Below are positions 47,166 to 57,128 of a stretch of 64,000 nucleotides of DNA, one piece after another (position 1 is the stretch's first letter; every line of letters starts with the position of its first letter). This DNA comes from an uncultured Candidatus Saccharibacteria bacterium. GTDB lineage: Bacteria > Patescibacteriota > Minisyncoccia > Ryanbacterales > 2-02-FULL-48-12. The position numbers were made by a program, and so were the translations under genes. The notes beneath the pieces are model-generated. The model worked only from the letters and a program-made list of their open reading frames with translations. It was not told the origin of the DNA and did not search any database. Location: assembly GCA_964479945.1 (NCBI GenBank), contig CAYZNS010000004.1, forward strand, positions 13,715-77,714, written 5' to 3'.

Positions 47166-48425
47166 ATGTCACAGCATGTAATCAAAGAAAATCATAAGCA
47201 AAAAACAACTATCAAACGCATATATGTAGACCATGCTGCCGCAACGCCGCTTGATCCGGTTGTGCTAAAGAAAATGATGCCGTATTTTACCAAGCAGTAC
47301 GGCAATCCATCATCCATTCATGCCGAGGGACGTGCCGCGCGTGCTGTCGTGGAGAATGCGCGGCGTGCTGTCGCGGATGTTTTGGGCGTCCGGCGCCAAG
47401 AAATTATATTTACCGGATCCGGCACTGAATCAATTGCTTTGGCACTCCGTGGTGTTTTGAGCGCGTATCCTGGCTCGCATCTGATCACCAGCGTGCTGGA
47501 ACATCCCGCCGTTGAGAAAAACGCGAAGCTTCTTTCCGAGGAGGGATATGCCGTATCTTTTGTGGGCGCCTCTGCCGCCGGCATTGTAGATACAAAGCGG
47601 CTAGCCGCTTCCATAACGCCGCAAACGACACTTGTATCTATAATCTACGTTAATAACGAAATAGGGTCGGTACAGCCTATAAAGGAAGTTGCGCGCGTAG
47701 TGCGGCGGGAGCGCAATCGGCGGCGCGCGGTGAGGGAGCAATTGCCGCTTTGGTTTCATATCGATGCCAGCCAGGCGCCTGCATATCATCCCTTGCGCGT
47801 AGATACATTGGGTGTTGATTTAATGACGCTCAACGCTTCAAAAATCTATGGTCCGAAAGGGATCGGTTTGTTATACAAGCGCAGCGCCGTTTCATTGCAG
47901 GCGCTTTGGGAAGGCGGCGGGCAGGAGGGCGGCATGCGCAGCGGCACGGAACATGTGGCAGGTATCGTAGGGTTTGCCGCAGCTTTGGGGCAGTTGATAC
48001 GGATGCAGTCGAAAGAATGCGCGCGCATGAAGCAACTGCAGGCATATTTTCTCTCTCGCCTGCAGGGCATGATTCCCGCAGCCGTTCTCAACGGCCCGCC
48101 GGCAGGAAACATACGTACGCCAAATAACGTGCATGTTTCTATTCCTGGCATTGCGGCAGAAAGCCTTGTTTTGTACCTTGACGCAAAGGGTGTTTCTGCG
48201 TCCACAGGTTCCGCTTGCAGCGCTCATAGTAACGAGGTGTCTCGTGGTATACTGCATATATTACAAAAGAGCTACGCGAATGACGGTGGCGTGCGGTTTA
48301 CTATGGGGCGCGGTACGACGAAGCGCGATGTTGATTATGTCGTAGGCACGCTTCGTAAGTGCGTGGACATATTAAAACGGGCACCGACGTTGGGAAGAAT
48401 TGAGAAAAACGTTATATGGCATTAG
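47166..48425 (+). CDS. iscS: Cysteine desulfurase (IscS/NifS)
   Basis: YVDHAAATP, NNEIG, KIYGPKG, RSGT, STGSAC. Confidence 0.93.
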   Translation: MSQHVIKENHKQKTTIKRIYVDHAAATPLDPVVLKKMMPYFTKQYGNPSSIHAEGRAARAVVENARRAVADVLGVRRQEIIFTGSGTESIALALRGVLSAYPGSHLITSVLEHPAVEKNAKLLSEEGYAVSFVGASAAGIVDTKRLAASITPQTTLVSIIYVNNEIGSVQPIKEVARVVRRERNRRRAVREQLPLWFHIDASQAPAYHPLRVDTLGVDLMTLNASKIYGPKGIGLLYKRSAVSLQALWEGGGQEGGMRSGTEHVAGIVGFAAALGQLIRMQSKECARMKQLQAYFLSRLQGMIPAAVLNGPPAGNIRTPNNVHVSIPGIAAESLVLYLDAKGVSASTGSACSAHSNEVSRGILHILQKSYANDGGVRFTMGRGTTKRDVDYVVGTLRKCVDILKRAPTLGRIEKNVIWH

Positions 48426-48649
48426 AAAGAAAAAAAGTGGGAAAAATTTTTGTTGACCGTGATTTATGCATTGGCGCGGCAAGCTGCATTGCGGTCGCGC
48501 CAGATACGTTTGAATTGGATCGGGAAAACAAAGCAATTGTGAAAGACAAGAACGCATCAGATGATGAAACGCTGCTGTTGGCAGCGCAATCGTGCCCGAC
48601 CAAGGCAATAATTGTTTATGATGAAGAGGGGAATCAGATATACCCGTAA
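48416..48649 (+). CDS. Ferredoxin (probably 3Fe-4S type)
   Basis: CIGAASC...SCP, with the second Cys of CxxCxxC replaced by Ala. Confidence 0.88.
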   Translation: MALERKKVGKIFVDRDLCIGAASCIAVAPDTFELDRENKAIVKDKNASDDETLLLAAQSCPTKAIIVYDEEGNQIYP

Positions 48650-48760
48650 AAAATGCAAAATGTAAAAATCAAAATGTAAAATTTTTGTATTCCGGCGAAG
48701 CCGGAATCATTTTAGCATTTTACATTGTCATTTTGCATTTTGATTTTTACATTTTAAATT
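48648..48760. repeat. Heptamer arms around ATTCCGGCGAAGCCGGAAT
   Basis: aaaatgcaaaatgtaaaaatcaaaatgt ... ttttgcattttgatttttacattttaaa. Confidence 0.85.
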
Positions 48761-48778
48761 ATAAACTAACAAGAAAAT

Positions 48779-49366
48779 ATGCATACTATAAAACCACTAA
48801 ACTATAAGGAGTTGCAAGGACTCTCGGAGAAACAGCTCACGGAGCATCATGACGTTCTGTATGCTGGCTATGTTAAAAAAATCGGCGAGATTGACGAAAA
48901 GCTTAAAACAACAGACAAATCTGCGGCCAATGCGACATACAGCGAATTCGGCGAGTTAAAGCGGGAAGAAACCTTCGCATTGAACGGCGTTAAGCTGCAT
49001 GAAGGATATTTTGACAACATGAAGCCGGACGGTTCACCGTGTTCCGGAAAAATCCGCGAACTTATTGAGCGCGATTTTGGATCCTATGAGGCATGGGAAG
49101 AGGAATTCCGCGCGGCGGGCATTGCGGGCCGCGGCTGGGTAGTGCTGGGATACGACCTTGAGGAAGGCAAGCTGCGCAACGTGTTATGCGATGCGCACAA
49201 CCATGGCGGCGTGTGGAATATGATAGCATTGTTCATTATGGACATCTATGAGCATGCCTATTTTCTTGACTATGGCACTGGAAGGAAAGCATATATTGAA
49301 GCGTTTTTCAAAAATCTAAACTGGGAACATGTGAATGGGTTATTGGAGAAATATAAAATAGGGTGA
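48779..49366 (+). CDS. Fe/Mn superoxide dismutase-family protein
   Basis: HHDVLYAGYV, LHEGYF, DIYEHAYFLDY. Confidence 0.9.
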   Translation: MHTIKPLNYKELQGLSEKQLTEHHDVLYAGYVKKIGEIDEKLKTTDKSAANATYSEFGELKREETFALNGVKLHEGYFDNMKPDGSPCSGKIRELIERDFGSYEAWEEEFRAAGIAGRGWVVLGYDLEEGKLRNVLCDAHNHGGVWNMIALFIMDIYEHAYFLDYGTGRKAYIEAFFKNLNWEHVNGLLEKYKIG

Positions 49367-49418
49367 AGCGAAATGTGTAGATTGATCTTTACAGCCGTTC
49401 TATTTTGAGATATAATAT

Positions 49419-50624
49419 ATGCCAATGGAAGACCTTACCAAGAAACAAATGGTACTCCTGATGCTACTGGTCAGTTTTGTTACGTCGCTTTCTACCGTAG
49501 TGGTAACGCTCTCCATTTTAGACGAGGTTCCGGAAGCCGCACCGCAGACAATTTTACAGCGCGTGATACAGCGCGTTACGGATAAATCGGAGGACGTTTC
49601 AGAGAGAGGCGAAGTTGTTATTAAAGAAGAGGACCTTGTTATAGAAGTTGCTGCGCAAGCGTCGCCCGCCGTGGTAAGTATTGTGGCCGCAAAGGATCTT
49701 CCGGTGGTTCAGCGTTTTTTCTTTGATCCGTTCGGCAGCGGAGATATCAGTGGTGGGACGGAACATCGCGAAATAGGCCGCGGATCCGGTTTTATCGTCT
49801 CAAAAGACGGCATGCTGGTGACCAACCGTCATGTAGTGAGCGATTTGGAAGCGGAATATACCGTTATTTTAAGTTCCGGAAATACCTATCAGGCAAACGT
49901 ATTAGCGCGCGATCCTGTTCACGATATTGCTATCCTTACAATTGACGGCGGCCCGTTTCCTTTCGTGCCGCTGGGAAATTCAGATACCATCCGCATCGGA
50001 CAGACGGTTATTGCAATTGGCAATGCTTTGGGCGAGTTTGATAATACCGTGTCGGTGGGTATATTATCGGGGAAAGAGCGTACGCTGACGGCATTCGGCG
50101 GCAGCGCGGGTCCCAGTGATCTGCAGCGGGTTTTGCAGACGGATGCCGCAATTAACCCGGGAAACTCCGGCGGACCGCTGTTGAATACCGCGGGCGAAGT
50201 AATTGGCATCAATACGGCAATCGTCTCGGGCGCCGAGAATATTGGGTTTGCCGTACCCGTAAATATCGCGCGGCGCGATATAGAACAAGTAAAGAAAACT
50301 GGGCGCATTATCTATCCCTTTCTCGGCGTGCGTTATGTTACTATTACCGATGCCATACGCCAAGAGAATGGTATACATGCCAAGTTCGGCGTATTGGTGG
50401 TAGGCAGCGCGCAAAATCCGGCGGTACTGCCCGGATCGCCTGCGGATAAAGCGGGGTTGCGTGAAGGCGATATTATTACGCACGCGGGTGGCACGATGCT
50501 TGATCGTGATACATCACTTGCGGAGATTATCCAGATGAAAAATGTCGGCGACACGGTGACGCTCACCGTACAGCGAGAAGGCAAGAATATGTTGATGACG
50601 GTTACGCTGGCGGAACGCCCCTAG
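49419..50624 (+). CDS. htrA: HtrA/DegP serine protease with one PDZ domain
   Basis: GSGFI, TNRHVV, QTDAAINPGNSGGPL, SPADKAGL. Confidence 0.95.
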   Translation: MPMEDLTKKQMVLLMLLVSFVTSLSTVVVTLSILDEVPEAAPQTILQRVIQRVTDKSEDVSERGEVVIKEEDLVIEVAAQASPAVVSIVAAKDLPVVQRFFFDPFGSGDISGGTEHREIGRGSGFIVSKDGMLVTNRHVVSDLEAEYTVILSSGNTYQANVLARDPVHDIAILTIDGGPFPFVPLGNSDTIRIGQTVIAIGNALGEFDNTVSVGILSGKERTLTAFGGSAGPSDLQRVLQTDAAINPGNSGGPLLNTAGEVIGINTAIVSGAENIGFAVPVNIARRDIEQVKKTGRIIYPFLGVRYVTITDAIRQENGIHAKFGVLVVGSAQNPAVLPGSPADKAGLREGDIITHAGGTMLDRDTSLAEIIQMKNVGDTVTLTVQREGKNMLMTVTLAERP

Positions 50625-50814
50625 AAAATTAAAAGTTAAAAATTAAAAGTGCAAAGTGTTGGTATTCCGGCTGCGCCGGAATGAATGTACTGTGAATTAC
50701 GAAATGCATTATTTGACATCTGGAATGTGTCATTTCGTAATTCACAGAATGTATATAATCCGTGAGCGAAGCGAACACCAAAATTTTGAATTTTGCACTT
50801 TAAATTTTGAATTT
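50625..50814. repeat. Second copy of the 47033-type element with a nested 58-bp insertion
   Basis: Same arm-hairpin-GTGAGCGAAGCGAACACCAAAATTTTG-arm layout; insert 50690-50747 flanked by AATGTA. Confidence 0.85.
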
Positions 50815-50818
50815 ATAT

Positions 50819-53500
50819 ATGACTCCATTTCATAATTTTACGGTAAAAGCCCAGGAAGCGCTCAAGCGGGCCCACGAGCTCGCCATTGAGCGCGGGCACA
50901 ATCAGATAGACGCGCTCCATCTTTTAAGCGCGCTGTTGCTGCAGGATGACGGCGTTGTCATTTCTCTTTTGGATAAGCTGGAAGTGGATACGCAGCTGAT
51001 GCTGGATTCTATTCTTGATAAGCTCAACGGCGGCACGCGCGGCGACCTTTTGACGCCCTCGCCGCAGATCTACCTGACGCAGGAATTAGCGCGGGTTTTG
51101 GAAGAATCGCATAAAGCTGCGGCCCAGCTCAACGACGAATTTATCTCAACGGAACATTTATTTATAGCGCTTTTGGACGTGCCGTCCCGTGCGGCCGATA
51201 TGCTTTCCAAATTCCGCATAGATAAAGAAGTTGTGTTACGGATCCTTCACGAAATCCGCGGATCGCAGACCGTTACCGACATGGAGCCGGAGACAAAATA
51301 CCAATCGCTGGAAAAATACGCGCGCAATTTGACGCGCCTTGCCAAAGAAGAAAAGCTGGACCCGGTCATCGGCCGGGAAGAAGAAGTGCGCCGCGTGATG
51401 CAGATTCTCTCGCGCCGCACCAAAAATAATCCCGTGCTCATCGGCGAGCCCGGCGTGGGGAAGACGGCTATTGTGGAGGGCTTGGCCCAGCGCATCGTAA
51501 TGGGCGACGTGCCAGAAAGCTTAAAAGAGAGGGAACTCATCGCGCTGGATCTTGGCGCGTTGGTTGCGGGTACTAAGTATCGGGGCGAATTTGAAGAGCG
51601 CTTGAAAGCGGTGCTTCGGGAAATTGACCGCGCGGCGGGGAAAATACTCTTGTTCATAGATGAGCTTCATACGCTGGTTGGCGCGGGTGCGGCCGAGGGC
51701 GCCATTGACGCCTCTAACATGTTGAAGCCCGCGCTTGCCCGCGGGGAATTGCATGCCATAGGAGCTACCACGCTAAAGGAATATCAAAAATATATTGAAC
51801 GCGATATGGCGTTGGCGCGGCGATTCCAGCCCGTGTATGTGGAAGAGCCATCAATAGATGACGCTATCGCCATCCTCCGCGGCTTAAAGCAGAAATACGA
51901 GCTTCATCACGGCGTGCGCATCACCGATAGCGCAATTGTAGGGGCGGTACAGCTCTCAAGCCGATACATTGCAGACCGGTTTCTGCCGGACAAAGCGGTT
52001 GATTTGATAGATGAAGCCGCCTCCTCTCTGCGGTTGGATATTGATTCCATGCCGAAAGATCTTGACCGGGCGCGCCGCGAGATTATGCGCCTGGAGATTG
52101 AGAAAGAAGCGCTCAAGCGCGAGGCGGAGCCGTCGGCTAAGCAGAAAGTCAAGAAAATTCAAAAACAAATTGAGGAGCTCAAGGAAAAAACGGGGGGACT
52201 GGAGCTCAAATGGAAAAATGAAAAGGAGGCGATCGTCGGCATCCGCGGAATGAAAAAGGAACTCGACGCGATGCGCCAGGAATCCGATGCGGCGGAACGC
52301 GCGGGGAATTTGGCGAAAGTTGCCGAAATCCGCTACGGCCGTATTCCCGCGTTGGAAAAAAATATCAGCGATGAAGAGGCGCGCCTGGGCAAACTGCAAT
52401 CCGCGCGCCATATATTGAAAGAAAGCGTTGCGGAAGAAGACATCGCCGAGGTAATTTCCCGATGGACGGGGGTACCCGTGATGCGCATGCTGGAGGAGGA
52501 GGCAAAGAAATTGCTCACCATGGAGGACGTGCTTCAAAAACGCGTGGTGGGGCAGGAAGAAGCAATCTCCAAAGTAGCGCAGGCAATCCGCCGTTCGCGC
52601 GCGGGCGTAGGAGAAGAGGACCGGCCGGTTGGCTCGTTTATGTTTTTGGGCCCCACGGGTGTCGGGAAAACTGAGCTTGCTCGCGCCTTGGCCGAGTTTC
52701 TTTTCAACGATGAAAAATCGCTTATCCGCGTGGATATGTCTGAATATATGGAGCGTCACACGGTGTCTAAGTTTATCGGATCTCCTCCCGGATACGTGGG
52801 GCATGAAGAAGGCGGGCAGCTGACTGAGCTTATCCGCCACCGGCCGTATTCCGTGGTGCTGTTTGACGAAATTGAAAAAGCGCATCCAGAGGTGTTTAAC
52901 ATCATGCTGCAAGTGCTTGACAATGGCCGGCTTACGGACGCGAAAGGTCGGCATGTTAATTTCAAAAATTCTGTCATTATCATGACGTCCAATATCGGCT
53001 CCGAGTACGTGCGCGAGATGGAACGCTTGGGATTTGCGGCCGGCGAGGAAGATACAAAAGAGCGCCGTGAAGATAATTTGAAATCAAAAATCCGGCAGGC
53101 ATTGGAGCGCAACTTCCGCCCCGAGTTCTTAAACCGCCTTGATGAAATTTTGATATTCAACAGCTTATCGCCTGAAATTTTGAGCGAGATAGTGAAAATC
53201 CAGCTTGACCGCGTTGCGCGTCGTCTGGAGCAAAAACAAATTGCGCTTAAAGTAAGCGCGGAAGCTCGCAAGTTCTTAGCGCGCGAAGGCCATGATCCGC
53301 ATTATGGCGCGCGGCCGCTTAAGCGTTATATTCAAAATCACATCCTAAACCCGCTTGCGGAACATATTGTAGGCGGCAAAATCAAGCCGGACAGCGCCAT
53401 ACGTGTGGAAATTCGCGATGGACGGCTGGTACTGGAGACCGATCGCAGGCACGTGAAAAAGGAAGCGCGCAAAGAAGAGCCGGTTGCCGCAGGGGTGTAA
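50819..53500 (+). CDS. clpB: Chaperone ClpB
   Basis: Two AAA+ domains ([16 protein letters not shown]) and a coiled-coil middle domain. Confidence 0.96.
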   Translation: MTPFHNFTVKAQEALKRAHELAIERGHNQIDALHLLSALLLQDDGVVISLLDKLEVDTQLMLDSILDKLNGGTRGDLLTPSPQIYLTQELARVLEESHKAAAQLNDEFISTEHLFIALLDVPSRAADMLSKFRIDKEVVLRILHEIRGSQTVTDMEPETKYQSLEKYARNLTRLAKEEKLDPVIGREEEVRRVMQILSRRTKNNPVLIGEPGVGKTAIVEGLAQRIVMGDVPESLKERELIALDLGALVAGTKYRGEFEERLKAVLREIDRAAGKILLFIDELHTLVGAGAAEGAIDASNMLKPALARGELHAIGATTLKEYQKYIERDMALARRFQPVYVEEPSIDDAIAILRGLKQKYELHHGVRITDSAIVGAVQLSSRYIADRFLPDKAVDLIDEAASSLRLDIDSMPKDLDRARREIMRLEIEKEALKREAEPSAKQKVKKIQKQIEELKEKTGGLELKWKNEKEAIVGIRGMKKELDAMRQESDAAERAGNLAKVAEIRYGRIPALEKNISDEEARLGKLQSARHILKESVAEEDIAEVISRWTGVPVMRMLEEEAKKLLTMEDVLQKRVVGQEEAISKVAQAIRRSRAGVGEEDRPVGSFMFLGPTGVGKTELARALAEFLFNDEKSLIRVDMSEYMERHTVSKFIGSPPGYVGHEEGGQLTELIRHRPYSVVLFDEIEKAHPEVFNIMLQVLDNGRLTDAKGRHVNFKNSVIIMTSNIGSEYVREMERLGFAAGEEDTKERREDNLKSKIRQALERNFRPEFLNRLDEILIFNSLSPEILSEIVKIQLDRVARRLEQKQIALKVSAEARKFLAREGHDPHYGARPLKRYIQNHILNPLAEHIVGGKIKPDSAIRVEIRDGRLVLETDRRHVKKEARKEEPVAAGV

Positions 53501-53572
53501 ACTTGTTGTGAATAGTTACCCAACTTCCTCTTGAGAAGTCGGGCCTTTTGTGATATAGTAGATGTATACTAT

Positions 53573-53680
53573 GAATTACGAAACTCTGTCAACGTTGTCA
53601 TTGCGAGGAGCGAAGCGACGTAGCAATCTCATAATTTTCAATACGCTCGCAATGACAATATTCTGATGTTTCATAAATCA
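53573..53680. repeat. Palindromic element with GTCATTGCGAG..CTCGCAATGAC core
   Basis: ttgtcattgcgaggagcgaagcgacgtagcaatctc ... ctcgcaatgacaa; left end shared with 24672-24708. Confidence 0.75.
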
Positions 53681-53693
53681 AAAAATTATATGT

Positions 53694-53777
53694 GGGTCGG
53701 TGGCGGAGCGGTCAATCGCACTAGACTGTAAATCTAGCGCCTATATGGCTACGCAGGTTCGAATCCTGCCCGGCCCA
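53694..53777 (+). tRNA. tRNA-Tyr(GTA)
   Basis: CTAGA-CT-GTA-AA-TCTAG; long variable arm; GCAGG-TTCGAAT-CCTGC. Confidence 0.95.
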
Positions 53778-54081
53778 CAAAACAGGATTTTGTAAAATTT
53801 TGATGCCCACCCCATCCTCGCTTTCCGATTTTGTTTTAAAAACTTGATTTTTTCTATGTTTTTGGTTATATGCATTAGAGGGTGGTCAAGCTGGTGCTTG
53901 GCTCAATTTGTATCTTGAAAATTAAACAATGGAATATGCAATACGTTCCCTACGTGTTGCAACTTGCAACTGATGTTGAAAAAAATTACGGCGATTTAAA
54001 TATTGTCCAGGTGGCTCGCGCAGTCGCTGTGGTTCGTTCAACATCTACTTCATTGGGCTTAGCCCGGAAAGGAGAATAGTT

Positions 54082-54843
54082 ATGATCTGTAACACGACGT
54101 TGGATCGGCTGGCTCTTGAAGTTTTAAGGGCCGATGCACTGGAACTTAGAGATGTTCCGAAAAAGGTGACTAACGAAGAAGTGGAGTACTTGCCTCTTAA
54201 CACGCAACCATTTCTTTACGCCTCGGGTAACTGGGGTCCCGGTTACCTCATGATTAAGGGTCTGGTCGGCAATAAGCCGTTGATCAGGTGCCTTGGCCGC
54301 TACTTGGCGTTTGAAATCGGCGAGAAATGGTCGACCGAAATCGACTTTGTTGCCGGCAACGTTACCGGCGGCATGATCCTTGGGTGGTTGATCAGCGAGG
54401 AATTGGAGGTTCTTCTCGGCAAGCGGATCCCATTCGTTTACATTCGTGAACTTCGGAAAACTGGCGGCCAAAAGGAACTCATCACCGGATATCAAAAGAA
54501 TCAGGAAATCCCCCCCGGCTCCAGCGGCTTGGACATGGAAGAACTGGTCAACTTCGCCCAGACCATTGTCAACGGCGCGGTTTGCCTTCGCGAAGCGGGC
54601 TTCGTTTGCACGAAGGGTGCTTGCGTCCTTTACTACGACAACCCCGTCGCGAACAGGAATTTGGCCGAAGCCGGAATCGAAATGGTTTCATTGCTTACTC
54701 TTCCCAGGGTCATCGACGTGGCCGAGCGGTTTAGCACGCATCCCAAGGAACTCTTGGCTGAGTACCGCGAATTCTTGAGGAATCCGCTACAATGGCAGGC
54801 TGATCGCGGTTTGACGCATGTAGAGAAGGGGGGCACGAAATGA
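54082..54843 (+). CDS. Orotate phosphoribosyltransferase-like protein (divergent)
   Basis: FLYASG, IDFVAG..TGG, YIR..RK..G; atypical PRPP loop MEELVNFAQT; adjacent to pyrF-like gene. Confidence 0.75.
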   Translation: MICNTTLDRLALEVLRADALELRDVPKKVTNEEVEYLPLNTQPFLYASGNWGPGYLMIKGLVGNKPLIRCLGRYLAFEIGEKWSTEIDFVAGNVTGGMILGWLISEELEVLLGKRIPFVYIRELRKTGGQKELITGYQKNQEIPPGSSGLDMEELVNFAQTIVNGAVCLREAGFVCTKGACVLYYDNPVANRNLAEAGIEMVSLLTLPRVIDVAERFSTHPKELLAEYREFLRNPLQWQADRGLTHVEKGGTK

Positions 54844-55532
54844 AGAGTCCATTGCTTTTCATGGCCCTCGACGATCTCAACAACAAGGAACAGGAAACCC
54901 TGAAGGCAGTTCGAGAACTCGATCAAGTGCCTGGCAACTTCGGGTACAAGATCAATCTTGACTGTATGATGGCAGAAGGTGTCTGCGCGATCATCCGCAA
55001 ACTACCGGTCTCGCGTCCGATTTTTGCCGACACCAAGACATGGAATGGCAAACGGACAATGACCGACCTTGCCAAAATGCTGGTTGATGCCGGCGTGGAC
55101 TATTTCAACGTCTGGGTTCAGGCGGACGATCAGCTCGCAGGCGCGGTCAAGGCCACTGAGGATTCTAATACCAAAATTCTTGGAGTTACTGTGCTCACTC
55201 ATTACAGCGATGATTGGTGCAGGATGTATTTCCGCCGTTCGCTTGAGGAGACAGTTGTATTTCTTACTCAACGAGCCAAGGATCTCGGTTTGCACGGTGT
55301 CGTTCTGCCGGGGACTTGCTTGTCCGCGGTCAAAGACAGCGATCTGATCAAGACTGTGCCCGGAATCCGCATGGAGGATTTCAAGGACGACAGGCACAAG
55401 CAGGAGATCACTCCGGAATTCGCCGCTCAAAACGGAGCGGACATAGTCGTGTGCGGAAGCCCGATTATGAAGGTTCTCAACAAAGCGGACGCGCTTCGTC
55501 GGGTTCTTTCGCGATTAACTATCGCACCGTGA
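54840..55532 (+). CDS. OMP decarboxylase-like protein (divergent)
   Basis: MALD, YKI, FADTK, GVTVLT, PGIR, DD..Q..TP, GADIVV.GSPI. Confidence 0.8.
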   Translation: MKSPLLFMALDDLNNKEQETLKAVRELDQVPGNFGYKINLDCMMAEGVCAIIRKLPVSRPIFADTKTWNGKRTMTDLAKMLVDAGVDYFNVWVQADDQLAGAVKATEDSNTKILGVTVLTHYSDDWCRMYFRRSLEETVVFLTQRAKDLGLHGVVLPGTCLSAVKDSDLIKTVPGIRMEDFKDDRHKQEITPEFAAQNGADIVVCGSPIMKVLNKADALRRVLSRLTIAP

Positions 55533-55757
55533 ACAACAAGAGGTTCAGCGGCACCTTGTCACAACAAGACAAAGCCGCTTTTTTCTTTGCTAAAAACTTT
55601 CCCTTAAGAAACAGGGCTGTTGGGGCGAAATTATGATAAAAACGCCCCGACACGGTCGTGGCGCTTCCTTTTCTCAAGCGTTTTTGATAAAGTGAGTCCG
55701 AGCAGAGTTGTATAAAGACGCCAATCAGATAAAAAAGATAAAAGTCAGATTTAAAAA

Positions 55758-55829
55758 GCCGGAGTAGTTCAGTGGCAGAACGCCATCTTGGTAAGATGGA
55801 AGTCGAGAGTTCGATTCTCTCTTCCGGCT
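55758..55829 (+). tRNA. tRNA-Thr(GGT)
   Basis: GCCGGAG/TTCCGGC acceptor; CCATC-TT-GGT-AA-GATGG. Confidence 0.94.
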
Positions 55830-55887
55830 CTGTACTTTGCGTGATAGATATGATATATTACGAATATTATTTTTCAACACCCAATCT

Positions 55888-56046
55888 ATGAGTCAGGATA
55901 ATCTCATTAAATTTCAATGCAGCGCTTGTAAGCGCGTTAATTATTGGTCAAGCAAAAACCGCCGGAACGTAGAGCGGAAAATTGAACTTGCCAAATTTTG
56001 CCGCTGGTGCAAAAAACATACATCTCACAAGGAATCCAAGAAATAA
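55888..56046 (+). CDS. rpmG: 50S ribosomal protein L33
   Basis: CSAC..NY..KN....IEL.KFC..C.KH..HKE. Confidence 0.95.
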   Translation: MSQDNLIKFQCSACKRVNYWSSKNRRNVERKIELAKFCRWCKKHTSHKESKK

Positions 56047-56050
56047 ACAG

Positions 56051-56122
56051 GGGGGTATGGTGAAACGGCTATCACGACGGTCTCCAAAACCGTTGTTCTA
56101 GGTTCGAGTCCTAGTATCCCCG
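56051..56122 (+). tRNA. tRNA-Trp(CCA)
   Basis: ACGGT-CT-CCA-AA-ACCGT; CTAGG-TTCGAGT-CCTAG. Confidence 0.94.
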
Positions 56123-56315
56123 CATAAAATTTGAGCGAGCGAAAATTTTATCTCTACCTACAAATTACTCACACTAATTACAAATTTTAGTTTTAAAATT
56201 TGTTTTCGCTCAAATTTTGAGTAATTAGTAATTAGTATTTTGTAATTAGGACAAGGAAGATTAAGCAGAGAAAGCAAATATTGCTTTATTTCTACGTTTT
56301 GGTATACTATCCACC

Positions 56316-57038
56316 ATGACAAACAATAAAATACGCTTTTTCGTAGGATTGGGGGTTGTTGCGCTTATTGCTGCTGCAAGCGGTGTTTTTATGTGGCAAA
56401 ACGATTTCTTTTCCAGCGGCGGATCATCCGCGGCAGGCGATTTTCCGCGCGGGTATAATAAAATAAACGAGGATCCGGCCGTGGTTGCTGAATTGCCGGA
56501 AGCCCGGCGGCAGCAATACCGCAAAGAGTTTGAGGAATTGCTAAATACCATAAAAGAACATCCCGATTCTTTTGCCGCATGGTATAACTTGGGTTCTGTT
56601 AAAAGTGCCCTCGGTGACTATAAAGGCGCGGAGGCGGCATGGCTGTATGCAACGGCAATTACGCCTAATCAGGGGCGCACATACATGAACTTGGGCGATT
56701 TGTATTGGAATAAGATTAAAGACTACGAGAAGGCGGAATGGGCATATATCACGGCAATAGGAATAGAAGGCGGGCAATTGGAACGCACCCGCGCCTTCCG
56801 TGATTTGGCGACGTTATACCGCTTCTCGCTAAACCAGCATGATAAATCATTCGGCGTATTGCGCCTAGGCATTGAAGATTTGGATGATAACGGCGAGCTT
56901 TTAGCGCTCGCGGGCATGTGGGCATGGCAAGACGGCTTGCTCAAGGAAGCTGAAGAGTTTTATGTACAGTATCTCGCCCAAAATCCGGATCAAGAACAGG
57001 CGCAAAAGGACTTAGCGCAAATACGCGCTCAAATGTAA
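56316..57038 (+). CDS. Membrane-anchored TPR protein
   Basis: N-terminal TM; AWYNLG..LGDY..AE and YMNLGDLY TPR motifs. Confidence 0.85.
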   Translation: MTNNKIRFFVGLGVVALIAAASGVFMWQNDFFSSGGSSAAGDFPRGYNKINEDPAVVAELPEARRQQYRKEFEELLNTIKEHPDSFAAWYNLGSVKSALGDYKGAEAAWLYATAITPNQGRTYMNLGDLYWNKIKDYEKAEWAYITAIGIEGGQLERTRAFRDLATLYRFSLNQHDKSFGVLRLGIEDLDDNGELLALAGMWAWQDGLLKEAEEFYVQYLAQNPDQEQAQKDLAQIRAQM

Positions 57039-57128
57039 GTGCCTGCTCATAAATCTTCCACGTTGACAGTACGGATTTGTATACGGTAAGATAATTATAC
57101 AAAAAGGGGAATATAATGAGATATCTTT

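Noticed and set aside
53882-54079. 65-aa ORF upstream of the pyrE-like gene
   Set aside because: No recognisable motif and an ambiguous start; cannot be supported.
53778-55757. att-site duplication marking a tRNA-integrated island
   Set aside because: No repeat of the tRNA-Tyr 3' end and no integrase found.
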